Below are positions 45,657 to 55,252 of a stretch of DNA of 64,000 nt, piece after piece. The position numbers were made by a program, and so were the translations under genes. This DNA is from Verrucomicrobiales bacterium. GTDB taxonomy: Bacteria > Verrucomicrobiota > Verrucomicrobiia > Verrucomicrobiales > DEV007. The notes under the pieces are model-generated. The model ran no database searches. It saw only the letters and a list, made by a program, of their open reading frames with translations, and was not told the DNA's origin. The stretch covers positions 4,637 through 68,636 of the forward strand of contig JAOFDG010000004.1 of the NCBI GenBank assembly GCA_028033615.1, given 5' to 3'. Numbering within the stretch: the stretch's first letter is position 1; each line of letters opens with the position of its first letter.

Positions 45657-46478
45657 CTAGTTGCGCAGTCCTACTTGCTGCATTATTTCATTTGTGGAGT
45701 TGTAAGCTTCTTCGACCCATTCGACAATTTTCGAAGGGTCTGGGGAGTATTCAAGCTCTATGGAAACAGTGCCTTCAAAATCGAGTTCTTTAATTGCTTG
45801 TAGGTAAGGAGCAAATTTAACGACACCCCTGCCAGGAGGAAGGTCACCGTGAACCTTGCCATCACAGTCACTTATATGAACGTGAGTGGCTTTGCCTTTC
45901 AATCTTTCAAGCTTTGAAGGGGAAGTGTCTGCCAGTACAAGATGGCTTACATCGATATTAGCTTTTACGTTTGGCATTGAGCAGTCGTCTATAAAGCGAA
46001 CCATTTCTGGTATGCTGTTAAGAAGACTTAGTCTGAAAGGCTCTAATTCTAATGCTATCTCTAAACCTAACTCACCAGCATATTGCCCTAATTCTTTAAC
46101 CCCATTTACACCCCATTCCCACTGAGCTTCGGGTGGTATGACTTCTCTTTGCCAGATATATTCTCCAAGAACGAGTAATAAATTTTTTGAATCAAATGTT
46201 TTTGCAAGGTCCAGAAATTTTTTAGCCCTATCAATATGGTATTCCCTCACAGGGTCATTAAAATCGATGAGGCCAGCAGAAACTACCACCGTCGACGTAA
46301 TAGGTAGGTTGTTTTGCTGACAGGTATTTTTGATAAGGTTGATCTCATCTTCGCTGATGGTCATTGCTTCAGTGAAAATGTCGACAGCATCGAAACCAAT
46401 CCTAGATATGTGTTCAAGTCCGGTCTTTGTGTCAACGCCGGCCTGATCAAAGGCGCTATTAATAATTCCAAGTTTCAT
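45657..46478 (-). CDS. Sugar phosphate isomerase/epimerase-like protein (xylose-isomerase-like TIM barrel), cytoplasmic
   Basis: 273 aa with no signal peptide. GFDAVDIF, ALELEP, HVHISD and SIELE metal-ligand-like positions typical of the AP-endonuclease-2/TIM family. Confidence 0.8.
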   Translation of the reverse strand: MKLGIINSAFDQAGVDTKTGLEHISRIGFDAVDIFTEAMTISEDEINLIKNTCQQNNLPITSTVVVSAGLIDFNDPVREYHIDRAKKFLDLAKTFDSKNLLLVLGEYIWQREVIPPEAQWEWGVNGVKELGQYAGELGLEIALELEPFRLSLLNSIPEMVRFIDDCSMPNVKANIDVSHLVLADTSPSKLERLKGKATHVHISDCDGKVHGDLPPGRGVVKFAPYLQAIKELDFEGTVSIELEYSPDPSKIVEWVEEAYNSTNEIMQQVGLRN

Positions 46479-46490
46479 AATATTATTTTT

Positions 46491-47324
46491 TTAATCGTTT
46501 TCTAAGCTTTTGGCGCTTTTGTCATCCGATACAAGATTTGCAAATTCAACATTCGATCGCTTTGCGTCATCTCTGCCGACAGAGACAACCTGATCATCAG
46601 AAACTTTTTCGAGCTTTGTGTATGATGGATGATGAGATTCTTTAAATGGGTTATTTGATTTAGCGTTGTAACAACAAATGAGAGCCCATCTTGCTTTATC
46701 AGAAAGATTTGCCGCAGAGCAGTGAAGTGTATTAGGATGAAAAAATAATGCATCACCTGCATTCATTTCACATTGGACCGTTTCCAATCTATCCTTAGCC
46801 TTTTCAACATATTCTAAATCAGCTCCTGCTTGGTCTCCTGAAAGAATGTGATTAATTCGACCCATTTTGTGTGAGCCTTTGAGGACTTGTAGGCAGCCGT
46901 TTTCTTCAGTCGCATTATCAACAGCAATCATGACGCTGCACAGATTTGGGAACAAAAGTCCATTTTGGTACCAATAGCCGTAGTCTTGATGCCAAGCCCA
47001 AGCACCGCCAACCTTAGCATCTTTAAGAATCATTTTGGAGTGGTAATGGTAAGCTTCATCTGCAAGTAATTGCTCCACTCTGTTAACAACTCTTTCAGAT
47101 CGTGCAATCATCCCATAGATTCCATTCCCTGGATGATTCCAAAGCGATAGCCTTACATCATTTCCCTCTCCGTCATCCATTTTAGAAGAAGCCTTATCCA
47201 TTGCGTGGTCGTTACGAGCAGTCTCAGCGAGTAAGTTTATTTCTTCAGAATTGAAAAGTTCGCGTTCAAAAAAATATCCTTCCTCATTGTAGGACTCAAT
47301 GTCTTGTTGCTGAAGTTGGGACAT
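46491..47324 (-). CDS. Fe(II)/2-oxoglutarate dioxygenase of the phytanoyl-CoA dioxygenase (PhyH) family
   Basis: WHQDYGYW (H-x-D) and a distal FFHPNTLHCS histidine. The ATG at 47324 is preferred over the TTG at 47339. Confidence 0.8.
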   Translation of the reverse strand: MSQLQQQDIESYNEEGYFFERELFNSEEINLLAETARNDHAMDKASSKMDDGEGNDVRLSLWNHPGNGIYGMIARSERVVNRVEQLLADEAYHYHSKMILKDAKVGGAWAWHQDYGYWYQNGLLFPNLCSVMIAVDNATEENGCLQVLKGSHKMGRINHILSGDQAGADLEYVEKAKDRLETVQCEMNAGDALFFHPNTLHCSAANLSDKARWALICCYNAKSNNPFKESHHPSYTKLEKVSDDQVVSVGRDDAKRSNVEFANLVSDDKSAKSLEND

Positions 47325-47443
47325 CTTTATTAAAATCAAATTAATATTAAAATTTCGTCTTTAAATAGACGAAGTGCGATAATGAATAAATTGGATAAAA
47401 TACTCAAGTCCATTATAGCATTCTTAACTTTGGATATATTATT

Positions 47444-48988
47444 ATGAGAACAAATCTTAATTATTTAGACTACTTTAGTAAATTTTTGATTTCTTTATTA
47501 TGGATTTGTTTATCGAGCCAAATTTTTTCTCAAGATAACAAAACTAATTCTAATCATTTACCGCGTAGTAGTGCAGCTTCTCAGAATGTTGATGAAGTTA
47601 TTTTAGAAGATTTTATTAATTCCTTGGATTCTAAATTTAAAGGAATTCACAGTGTTATGATCCTACGCAATGGTAAGGTGATTTGTGAAGGATGGTGGTC
47701 GCCATATCGGGAAGAGGACAATCATATGCTTTTTTCTTTGAGTAAAATTTTTACCTCCACAGCAGTAGGAATGGCGGCCGAAGAGAATCTTTTATCGATT
47801 GACGACACTGTAGCTCAATATTTTCCAAACGACCTTCCAGATAATTCTCCCTATAATTTAAAAGCGATACGTGTGCGTGATTTATTAACGATGACTACAG
47901 GGCATCAAAGCGAACCCCCGATTAGTGCGAATGAAATTTCTGTTCGTTCATTCTTTGAAACTAAAGTGGAACACCAGCCTGGAACCCATTTTAAATATAA
48001 TACTTCGGCGACGTTTGTACAATCTGCACTTATTCAAAAAGTGACTGGTCAGAAGGTTTTAAGATATCTTCAATCTCGCTTATTTGAACCACTGGGAATT
48101 TCAAATCCCAATTGGAGGGATAACTATCAAGGTATTTCACTTGGTGGATATGGTCTAAGGCTTAGAACTGAAGACATTGCCAAGGTTGGACAATTATACC
48201 TTCAGAAAGGGCGTTGGGGTAATAAGATTATTATAAAAGAGGATTGGGTGGACATGGCCACATCGAAGCAAGTTTCCAATGGAAGTAATCCTGATAGTGA
48301 TTGGAATCAGGGTTATGGATTTCAATTTTGGCGCTGTAAATTTGATTCGTATCGAGGAGATGGAGCCTTCGGTCAATTTTGTGTTGTCATGCCGAGGTTG
48401 AATGCAGTGATAGCAATTACCAGTGGTGAAAATGATATGGCTAGCATATTAAATCTTGTATGGGATAAATTTTTGCCTGCTTGTTATACCTTTCCTAATA
48501 AAATAAAAAGCAATCAACATTCTTCATTGAATAAGACTTTGAAAAATTTAGCGATTGACGGTGTCGCAGGATATTCAACAACGGTCTCAGAGGAATCTTA
48601 TGTTAATACTAGTTATACTTTGAATTCAAATCCACTAGGTTTCAATTCATTAAAGATAAGCCAGGCTTCATATGAGCAACCATTGAAGATTTCATTGATA
48701 GGAGATGGTAAAAAAATTGAATTTTCTGCAGGTTATAAATTCTGGACAAGAACCCGTTCTGATTTCCCCAACGGGTTGATGATGGATTTAAAAAATGAAT
48801 CTTTGGCAGCAGTGTATGGTTGGGAGAATTCAAACATTCTGAATGTCAAAGTATGTGCTACTGAAACACCATTCAATTTTTCTATGAAATTTAAATTTGA
48901 AGAAAAAGGCGTAAATTTCAATTGGGTTCCCAATGTTGGATTTGATAATAGAATAAATTTTGATATCACTGGTAAGATAAAGAGATAA
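47444..48988 (+). CDS. Secreted serine hydrolase of the beta-lactamase/transpeptidase-like family
   Basis: Signal peptide. SLSKIFTS (S-x-x-K) about 95 residues in. Long C-terminal extension. Confidence 0.75.
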   Translation: MRTNLNYLDYFSKFLISLLWICLSSQIFSQDNKTNSNHLPRSSAASQNVDEVILEDFINSLDSKFKGIHSVMILRNGKVICEGWWSPYREEDNHMLFSLSKIFTSTAVGMAAEENLLSIDDTVAQYFPNDLPDNSPYNLKAIRVRDLLTMTTGHQSEPPISANEISVRSFFETKVEHQPGTHFKYNTSATFVQSALIQKVTGQKVLRYLQSRLFEPLGISNPNWRDNYQGISLGGYGLRLRTEDIAKVGQLYLQKGRWGNKIIIKEDWVDMATSKQVSNGSNPDSDWNQGYGFQFWRCKFDSYRGDGAFGQFCVVMPRLNAVIAITSGENDMASILNLVWDKFLPACYTFPNKIKSNQHSSLNKTLKNLAIDGVAGYSTTVSEESYVNTSYTLNSNPLGFNSLKISQASYEQPLKISLIGDGKKIEFSAGYKFWTRTRSDFPNGLMMDLKNESLAAVYGWENSNILNVKVCATETPFNFSMKFKFEEKGVNFNWVPNVGFDNRINFDITGKIKR

Positions 48989-49007
48989 CTATTCAGATGC
49001 TCTTTAT

Positions 49008-49739
49008 TTATAATTCTTTTAATTTTTTAAGAGCTCTAGCCTTGTTGGCTATAATCATTGGTATGGCTGCAATCAACATCATTATAATGCCTGCCATCTG
49101 AAGACCTAGCATATACCATGGCCAATCTCCTACAATAAAAGGACTGTCATTAACGGGTTTTTCACAGACATACATATAATTAGATTGGGTGAGCCAGTTG
49201 ATTACACCGACTGGTATAACCATGAGGTTTAAAAAAAGCATTGTTCTGAAAATTGCATATTTAGATGTCGTTATTCCATCTACAAAGACATTCCATAATG
49301 GTAAAATTACCATTAGGGAGTGGTGCATGAAAAAAAGAATGTATTCAGTTTGATTATAAATGTAAGAAATGCCCGGTGTTAATAATGATTGGAGCCCCGC
49401 GGTCACACCAATGAAATACGAAAATTCGAAGCAAAATTTATTGCGAGTTATTAGTGATGCTAACGCAATTATCAAGCTATAGCTGCATATATTTAAGGGG
49501 AGATCTCTAGCTAGATTCAGTTCCCTAAAACTCGTGCGGTTATAGTAATCAAAAATCTCCTGGATTATTGTAAACGATACTAAAACCCATACACCGATAT
49601 ATTTTTTATTTTCTGGCAGCTTTCTTCCAACCAATGGAATGAGAATAATGAAACCAATTGAAATAAATAAAGCCCACAAGTGTAAACCGTCAAAGAGTCT
49701 AAGAAATTTATTAAACTCTGAGATTATTGGTTCAGTCAT
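49008..49739 (-). CDS. Polytopic integral membrane protein, function unknown
   Basis: 243 aa with about 7 hydrophobic segments. No motif I can name with confidence. Confidence 0.6.
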   Translation of the reverse strand: MTEPIISEFNKFLRLFDGLHLWALFISIGFIILIPLVGRKLPENKKYIGVWVLVSFTIIQEIFDYYNRTSFRELNLARDLPLNICSYSLIIALASLITRNKFCFEFSYFIGVTAGLQSLLTPGISYIYNQTEYILFFMHHSLMVILPLWNVFVDGITTSKYAIFRTMLFLNLMVIPVGVINWLTQSNYMYVCEKPVNDSPFIVGDWPWYMLGLQMAGIIMMLIAAIPMIIANKARALKKLKEL

Positions 49740-49902
49740 GACATCTAAAATTCTTAAGATAAAAAAATTTTATGATAGTGATATGTTTATTCAATAGAAA
49801 TCATATTCGAAGGCCTAACAATTAAATAATTAGCATAATAAATGTTAAGATATTCGACTGGGCTAATAGCATTCAATTTAAATAATATTTCGACTTAGGG
49901 CT

Positions 49903-51114
49903 TTAATTCAGATGTGGATTCTCATACCAAAAAACCCCTAGCTGGTCGACTTCTTCACAGCATAAAGCGTCTAGGTCTCCGTCACCATCCACATCATACA
50001 TCACTACTCTATCATACTTATGACCCAAGGGGCCTCCGATTTCGTTATGAGTCCAAGAACCTGAGTGTGGGGATTCATTCCATGACAACCAACGCATTCC
50101 AGAAAGTTTTCCCTTGGAATTTTCACAGCTAAAAACAATGTCGTTTTTTTTGTCACCGTTAACATCACAGATTGCAGTGCTTTTTCCGGTACCAACACCT
50201 TCAGGCAGTGGTATAATAATCTCTTTCCATGAGTTTGATTCTTTTTTGAACCAGATAATGGACTTCTTATCGATGGCTATGACATCAATCTTCTTGTCTT
50301 TATCAAGATCGCCTGTGCTTATAAATAAAATTTCTCTCTTCTCACCTCCTATTAGGTGTCTTTTCCAAAATTTTGAATTAGTGACTTTTTTTCTGATAGG
50401 TCGTTCAAGCCAGTAGACTCCTCTTTTAGGTCCTCGTCGATCGCTGACAAGAATATCTTTGTCACCATCATTGTCCATGTCGATATCTATTAAAGACATA
50501 ATCCAACCTGCGTCCTGCAATTTGTATAATCTCCATTCAGAAATATTTCTTGAATTTTGAGGTGACTGAAGCCAACTGACAGAAGCTCCTTTTCCTTTTG
50601 AGCTAATTACTAAATCTATTCCGTTTTCTTCATCAATTTCCATTGGAAGGGCATACATCCACGACTGCTTATTATTAGTTATTGGTATTACGTTAGTGAT
50701 CCAAGTTGCGTCAGAGAGATATTGTTTTTTTATTTTTGGCGCCCAGTGAATAAACATTTTCTGGTTATTTCCTTCACAAGAACTGATTACGTCTACAGCA
50801 CCATCATTATCGAGATCAGCGAACACGGCATCCTCTGGAGACTTAACCTTTCCGACTGTAACTTTTGGCCAAAGCTCTTTAGCCTTAGCTTTTCCTGGAT
50901 GTAGGTAAACTCTAATGATTCCTCCTTCTTCCCATCCTGTAGCGATGTCATTTAATCCATCCTTATTAACGTCTAGCATTCTTATTCCGTCAGCTCCAAT
51001 CGAGCTTTTGTCGATTGTGTGTCGTTTCCAAGGCTGTGTTGTATCAGAGCCAAGAGATATCAAGATTTGAGAGCAAAAAAATAGAGATACGATTAATTTA
51101 TAAAATACCATCAC
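49903..51114 (-). CDS. Secreted FG-GAP/VCBS-repeat beta-propeller protein
   Basis: Signal peptide. Repeated calcium-loop motifs DVNKDGLNDI, DLDNDGAVDV, DMDNDGDKDI, DLDKDKKIDV, DVNGDKKNDI and DVDGDGDLDA. Confidence 0.75.
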   Translation of the reverse strand: MMVFYKLIVSLFFCSQILISLGSDTTQPWKRHTIDKSSIGADGIRMLDVNKDGLNDIATGWEEGGIIRVYLHPGKAKAKELWPKVTVGKVKSPEDAVFADLDNDGAVDVISSCEGNNQKMFIHWAPKIKKQYLSDATWITNVIPITNNKQSWMYALPMEIDEENGIDLVISSKGKGASVSWLQSPQNSRNISEWRLYKLQDAGWIMSLIDIDMDNDGDKDILVSDRRGPKRGVYWLERPIRKKVTNSKFWKRHLIGGEKREILFISTGDLDKDKKIDVIAIDKKSIIWFKKESNSWKEIIIPLPEGVGTGKSTAICDVNGDKKNDIVFSCENSKGKLSGMRWLSWNESPHSGSWTHNEIGGPLGHKYDRVVMYDVDGDGDLDALCCEEVDQLGVFWYENPHLN

Positions 51115-51212
51115 TAGTTATTTAAGTTTTTCCCAGGCCTGAATGCAATGGATATAGAAAAAATCTTTTTTTACACTTCTCATTACATTGATTAATCCTT
51201 TAAATTATAAAT

Positions 51213-52358
51213 ATGCAAAAATTAATACTTTCTCTCATTTATCTTACGGCATTGAGTTTCAATTCATCTGCAGAAACAAAACTAGAAGGAAAACTTGAGC
51301 CTTACCTTGGAGAACCTAAGCTTGAAATACAACCTGTGTTCAAGGGAGAAAGATTTGGAAATATTGTCGTAACAATGGAGGGAACAGTTCTGGCAACTTG
51401 GGGCACTAGCCATATTAGAGCTAAGCGAAGTGAAGATGGTGGAAAGACTTGGGGACCAGAAATTGTCATTGCTAAACCTGGATTTCAACCGGGAGGGCTT
51501 ACAGTTAATGAGACTAATGGAGATATTTTTGCTTTTATCGAAGAGAGTCACCCGCCCGCGCCAATTACAGTATATAAGAGCGAAGATGACGGCAAAACAT
51601 GGAATAAAGTTGATGTCAAAATTAAGCCCGACTCAAATGGCAATGACCCATCAATGCATATGAATGAACATGGGATCACATTGAGGCATGGTAAGTTTAA
51701 AGGAAGAATGATCAGGCCGACTCGTTGGTACGCCGGAAAAAATGACAGAAGTCTTTGGCCAAAACATTATACTAATGCCATTTACAGTGACGATGGGGGT
51801 AAAACTTGGGAAACTAGTGACCCTTTTCCAGCTAACGGAACTGGTGAAGCTACGGTTGCGGAATTGAGCGATGGAACAATCTATTATAATACGAGAAGAC
51901 ATTGGGCCGAGGAGGGAGCAGATCCAAAAAGAAGATGGACAGCAACAAGTACTGATGGAGGTAAAACTTGGAATGATCTAAAATTTTGTAAGATCCTTCC
52001 TGATGGTCCTCAAAATACTAATTATGGTTGTATGGCAGGGCTTACTCGACTTGCTGTTAGTGGAAAAGATATACTAGTTTACAGTAATTGTGATAGTGAA
52101 GGTGGACGCAAGCAAGGTACTGTTTGGGCTAGTTTTGACGGTGGTAAGTCGTGGCCTATTAAGCGGTTGGTGTTCGCTGGTAATCATGCATACTCATCTC
52201 TTACTTCTGGAAGGCCTGGCACGAAGACTGAAGGAATGATTTACCATCATTTTGAGGGAGGACCAAAAGGAGGTTCAGCTGTTGCCACATTTAATTTGTC
52301 TTGGATACTTGGTGGAGAGAAGACAGGTGACGGGGAGTTACCTTCGTGGACTAATTAA
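51213..52358 (+). CDS. BNR/Asp-box glycoside hydrolase, sialidase-like (GH33-like)
   Basis: Signal peptide. Five Asp-boxes ([40 protein letters not shown]). [19 protein letters not shown] and HAYSSL resemble the sialidase Glu/Arg and nucleophile-Tyr regions. No literal RIP motif was seen. Confidence 0.72.
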   Translation: MQKLILSLIYLTALSFNSSAETKLEGKLEPYLGEPKLEIQPVFKGERFGNIVVTMEGTVLATWGTSHIRAKRSEDGGKTWGPEIVIAKPGFQPGGLTVNETNGDIFAFIEESHPPAPITVYKSEDDGKTWNKVDVKIKPDSNGNDPSMHMNEHGITLRHGKFKGRMIRPTRWYAGKNDRSLWPKHYTNAIYSDDGGKTWETSDPFPANGTGEATVAELSDGTIYYNTRRHWAEEGADPKRRWTATSTDGGKTWNDLKFCKILPDGPQNTNYGCMAGLTRLAVSGKDILVYSNCDSEGGRKQGTVWASFDGGKSWPIKRLVFAGNHAYSSLTSGRPGTKTEGMIYHHFEGGPKGGSAVATFNLSWILGGEKTGDGELPSWTN

Positions 52359-53494
52359 GGTAAAGGAGTGTTAGGAGAAACGGCATTTTTAGGGTATTTC
52401 CCATTAAATACCATCATTTGCTCCTGTGTTTGTACGCTAACAAACGACTCATCAATTTCACCTTCCTTGTTTTTAACAAGTTTTAAATTCAGGTTGAGAT
52501 GTTTTGCCAAAAAGGGATAAGCCGCCATTCTTTTGGATAAGCCATAGTCATGACCCTCACTTTTAAAGTGAGCATTTTCGACATCATTTCCTGCTCCATA
52601 TAAATCATAAACATATCTAACATAGGGGTATTCTGTTTTCGGAGTCATTAGTGTCCAATCCTTTCCATTAGAAATGATAAGTTGAGGTCTTGGTGCAGCA
52701 AGAGCAGCAATCTCCGCATTATTTGTTTTATGGAATGAACTCCAGTGAATGGGCATTCCACTTTCACAAGCGCAACCACCAAAAAAATGTGCTGATACCT
52801 GACAAACTGGTACTGATACTTTCACTCTTTCATCTAGGGCTGAAAGAATAAAGGTTTGGGTTCCTCCACCTGAGCAACCGGTCATCCCTATTCTTTGAGA
52901 GTTAACTTCAGGTAAGCTTAAAATGAAATCCAAAGCTCGCATACTATTCCAAGTTTGGAGTCTGAGTATTTCCGGTGTCCGCCGGTGATCCCATCCTACT
53001 TCTTTAGAGTCTCCGTATCCAACCATGTCGTATTGAAAAACAACCGATCCCATCTTTGCTAAAACTGCACAGCGAGTTTGTCTGGCAGCATTGAATCGAC
53101 CGCCATGCCCATGAGGGCATAAGATTCCTGCAAGTTCATCTTTAAACTCTAATGGCTTATAAAGAGTTCCGGTAACAAAATGTCCTGGCCAACTTTCGAT
53201 GGCAACGTTCTCAGTTGAGTAGCCTTTATGAATTTGCTTCTTAACATAGGTGGGATTTAGTGGTTTTCTTTCTGGAAGTTGACTAAGTTTTGCGCCTTTT
53301 AAAATTCCTTTTAGAAGAATTGCTTTTCTTTTATTCCAGCTATCTAGGTCTTTTATTTTTTGGCGATTTGACTTTAATTCAGCCGCAGCTTGATCCGGTT
53401 TTTGAGCATGTCCGACTCTTAGTTTTGGTTGTGAGTATAATTGTCCAAGATGAATAGAGCTTATAAGGGTGAGGGTAAGTGCTAGTCGTTTCAT
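52355..53494 (-). CDS. Secreted alpha/beta-hydrolase (acetyl-xylan-esterase/dienelactone-hydrolase-like)
   Basis: Signal peptide. CPHGHGG. Nucleophile elbow [13 protein letters not shown]-terminal HDYG. Its stop overlaps the convergent sialidase stop (TTAA at 52355-52358). Confidence 0.7.
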   Translation of the reverse strand: MKRLALTLTLISSIHLGQLYSQPKLRVGHAQKPDQAAAELKSNRQKIKDLDSWNKRKAILLKGILKGAKLSQLPERKPLNPTYVKKQIHKGYSTENVAIESWPGHFVTGTLYKPLEFKDELAGILCPHGHGGRFNAARQTRCAVLAKMGSVVFQYDMVGYGDSKEVGWDHRRTPEILRLQTWNSMRALDFILSLPEVNSQRIGMTGCSGGGTQTFILSALDERVKVSVPVCQVSAHFFGGCACESGMPIHWSSFHKTNNAEIAALAAPRPQLIISNGKDWTLMTPKTEYPYVRYVYDLYGAGNDVENAHFKSEGHDYGLSKRMAAYPFLAKHLNLNLKLVKNKEGEIDESFVSVQTQEQMMVFNGKYPKNAVSPNTPLP

Positions 53495-53742
53495 GCTTTT
53501 ATTAAAATAATAGATTAGTACGATGCTCTATTCTCAGTCAACCCAGACCGTGATCCATTTCTTATTCTCTTGGGTGATTTGATTATAAAGGTCTTTAAAA
53601 TTGCAAAAAACAAGATTTGAGGGATCTCTTTTGAAATGCTGACGTTCTATAATGTTGTTACTCAAGCTCTGAAAGCTCGATAAGTAAATATGTTGAATTA
53701 TACCAATCAGTCTTACATGTAATTTACAAAGTTGATTAATTT

Positions 53743-55239
53743 ATGACAGAGCCATCAGTTTTAATTATTTTTCCGAATCAACTATTCAAAAATCACCCAG
53801 CTTTAAAATTAGGAATTCAAAAGATAATTCTTATTGAAGATTCTCTCTTCTTTGGTGATTACAAATATCAAAATAATTTTCATAAACAGAAGCTCTGGTT
53901 TCATCGAGCAAGTATGAAAAATTATGCTTCATGGTTGGAAGAAAAGGGTCTTGAGGTCGTTTATGAGGAGCATTGTAAAAATACTGACAATTTGTTGGAT
54001 GCATTAAAAAAATTAAAAAGTGAAAAAAATTCAAACCTTATCATAACTGAAACTCATGACTATGAATTAAACCGAAGGCTATTTAATCACGCACTAAAAT
54101 TATCATTGAAGTTGGAAATTCTTCCATCACCGATGTTTCTGAACAGTGATGAGGAAAACACCACTTATCGAAATGGTAAAAAAAGGTGGTTCATGGCTGA
54201 TTTCTACAAATTCCAAAGAAGGAGATTAAATCTATTGATGGAGGGAGATCAGCCTTTAGGAGGAAAGTGGAGCTACGATGAGGATAATCGGAAAAAAGTT
54301 CCCAAAAATTTGGTTTCTTCAGTTCCTTCTCTAATGCAACTTAAAAGAAGTCATATTGATAAAGAAGCGGTCAAATATGTTCAGGAAAAATATCCAACGA
54401 ATATTGGAAATGTAGATAATTTAATTTATCCCACGACACATTCTTCAGCAAGGAGGTGGTTGGACGATTTTTTGAATAATCGATTTAGTCTTTTCGGTGA
54501 TTATGAAGATGCAATTCTCAGCGGTGAAAATTGGTTGTGGCATAGTGTCTTAACACCTGTTCTTAACGTTGGACTAATTACTCCAAAGCAGGTCATTGAA
54601 GCTGCCAAAAAGAAAGCTAAAGAAAATGATGTTCCAATTAACTCTGTTGAAGGTTTCTTCAGGCAGATAATAGGATGGCGGGAATTTATGCACGCAACCT
54701 ATGTGGATCTCGGAGGTAAAATGAGAACCACCAATCATTGGAATCATCATAGGAAAATTCCACAATCATTTTACACCGGAACCACTGGAATAGACCCCAT
54801 TGATGATGTCATACGTCGGGTTATAAACACCGGTTATTGTCATCACATAGAAAGATTAATGATTTTAGGTGGGTTTATGTTTATCTGTGAGTTTGATCCT
54901 AACGAAATTTATCAATGGTTTATGGAAATGTTTGTCGACAGTTATGACTGGGTGATGGTTCCAAACGTCTATGCAATGAGTCAAAATGCCGATGGCGGGT
55001 TAATAACAACCAAACCATATTTCAGTGGATCTTCATATGTTAAAAAGATGAGTAATTTCAAACCTGGTGATTGGTGTCAGGTATGGGATGGGCTTTATTG
55101 GCGATGGATTTTAAATCATTGTGATCAACTCTCTAAAAATCCTAGATGGTCAATGATGTGTGCGATGGCAATGAAAATGACAGCTGAAAAGAAGAATACG
55201 CATTTAGAGAATGCTGAAAAATTTCTCTCTAGTTTGTAG
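53743..55239 (+). CDS. Cryptochrome/photolyase-family protein of the photolyase-related (COG3046, bacterial (6-4)/CryPro-like) type
   Basis: 498 aa with GWREFM, TGYCHHIERLMILGGF, MSQNADGG and KPYFSGSSYVKKMS motifs. Confidence 0.8.
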   Translation: MTEPSVLIIFPNQLFKNHPALKLGIQKIILIEDSLFFGDYKYQNNFHKQKLWFHRASMKNYASWLEEKGLEVVYEEHCKNTDNLLDALKKLKSEKNSNLIITETHDYELNRRLFNHALKLSLKLEILPSPMFLNSDEENTTYRNGKKRWFMADFYKFQRRRLNLLMEGDQPLGGKWSYDEDNRKKVPKNLVSSVPSLMQLKRSHIDKEAVKYVQEKYPTNIGNVDNLIYPTTHSSARRWLDDFLNNRFSLFGDYEDAILSGENWLWHSVLTPVLNVGLITPKQVIEAAKKKAKENDVPINSVEGFFRQIIGWREFMHATYVDLGGKMRTTNHWNHHRKIPQSFYTGTTGIDPIDDVIRRVINTGYCHHIERLMILGGFMFICEFDPNEIYQWFMEMFVDSYDWVMVPNVYAMSQNADGGLITTKPYFSGSSYVKKMSNFKPGDWCQVWDGLYWRWILNHCDQLSKNPRWSMMCAMAMKMTAEKKNTHLENAEKFLSSL

Positions 55240-55252
55240 TTTATACGATTTA

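Noticed and set aside
35240-47324. A functional link between the VHL-beta-like domain and the PhyH-family dioxygenase, as a bacterial hydroxylation-recognition pair analogous to PHD/VHL
   Set aside because: The genes are 10 kb apart in different transcription units. The dioxygenase is cytoplasmic while the VHL-like protein is secreted. PhyH enzymes are not the prolyl-4-hydroxylase family. There is no sequence support beyond co-residence in the window.
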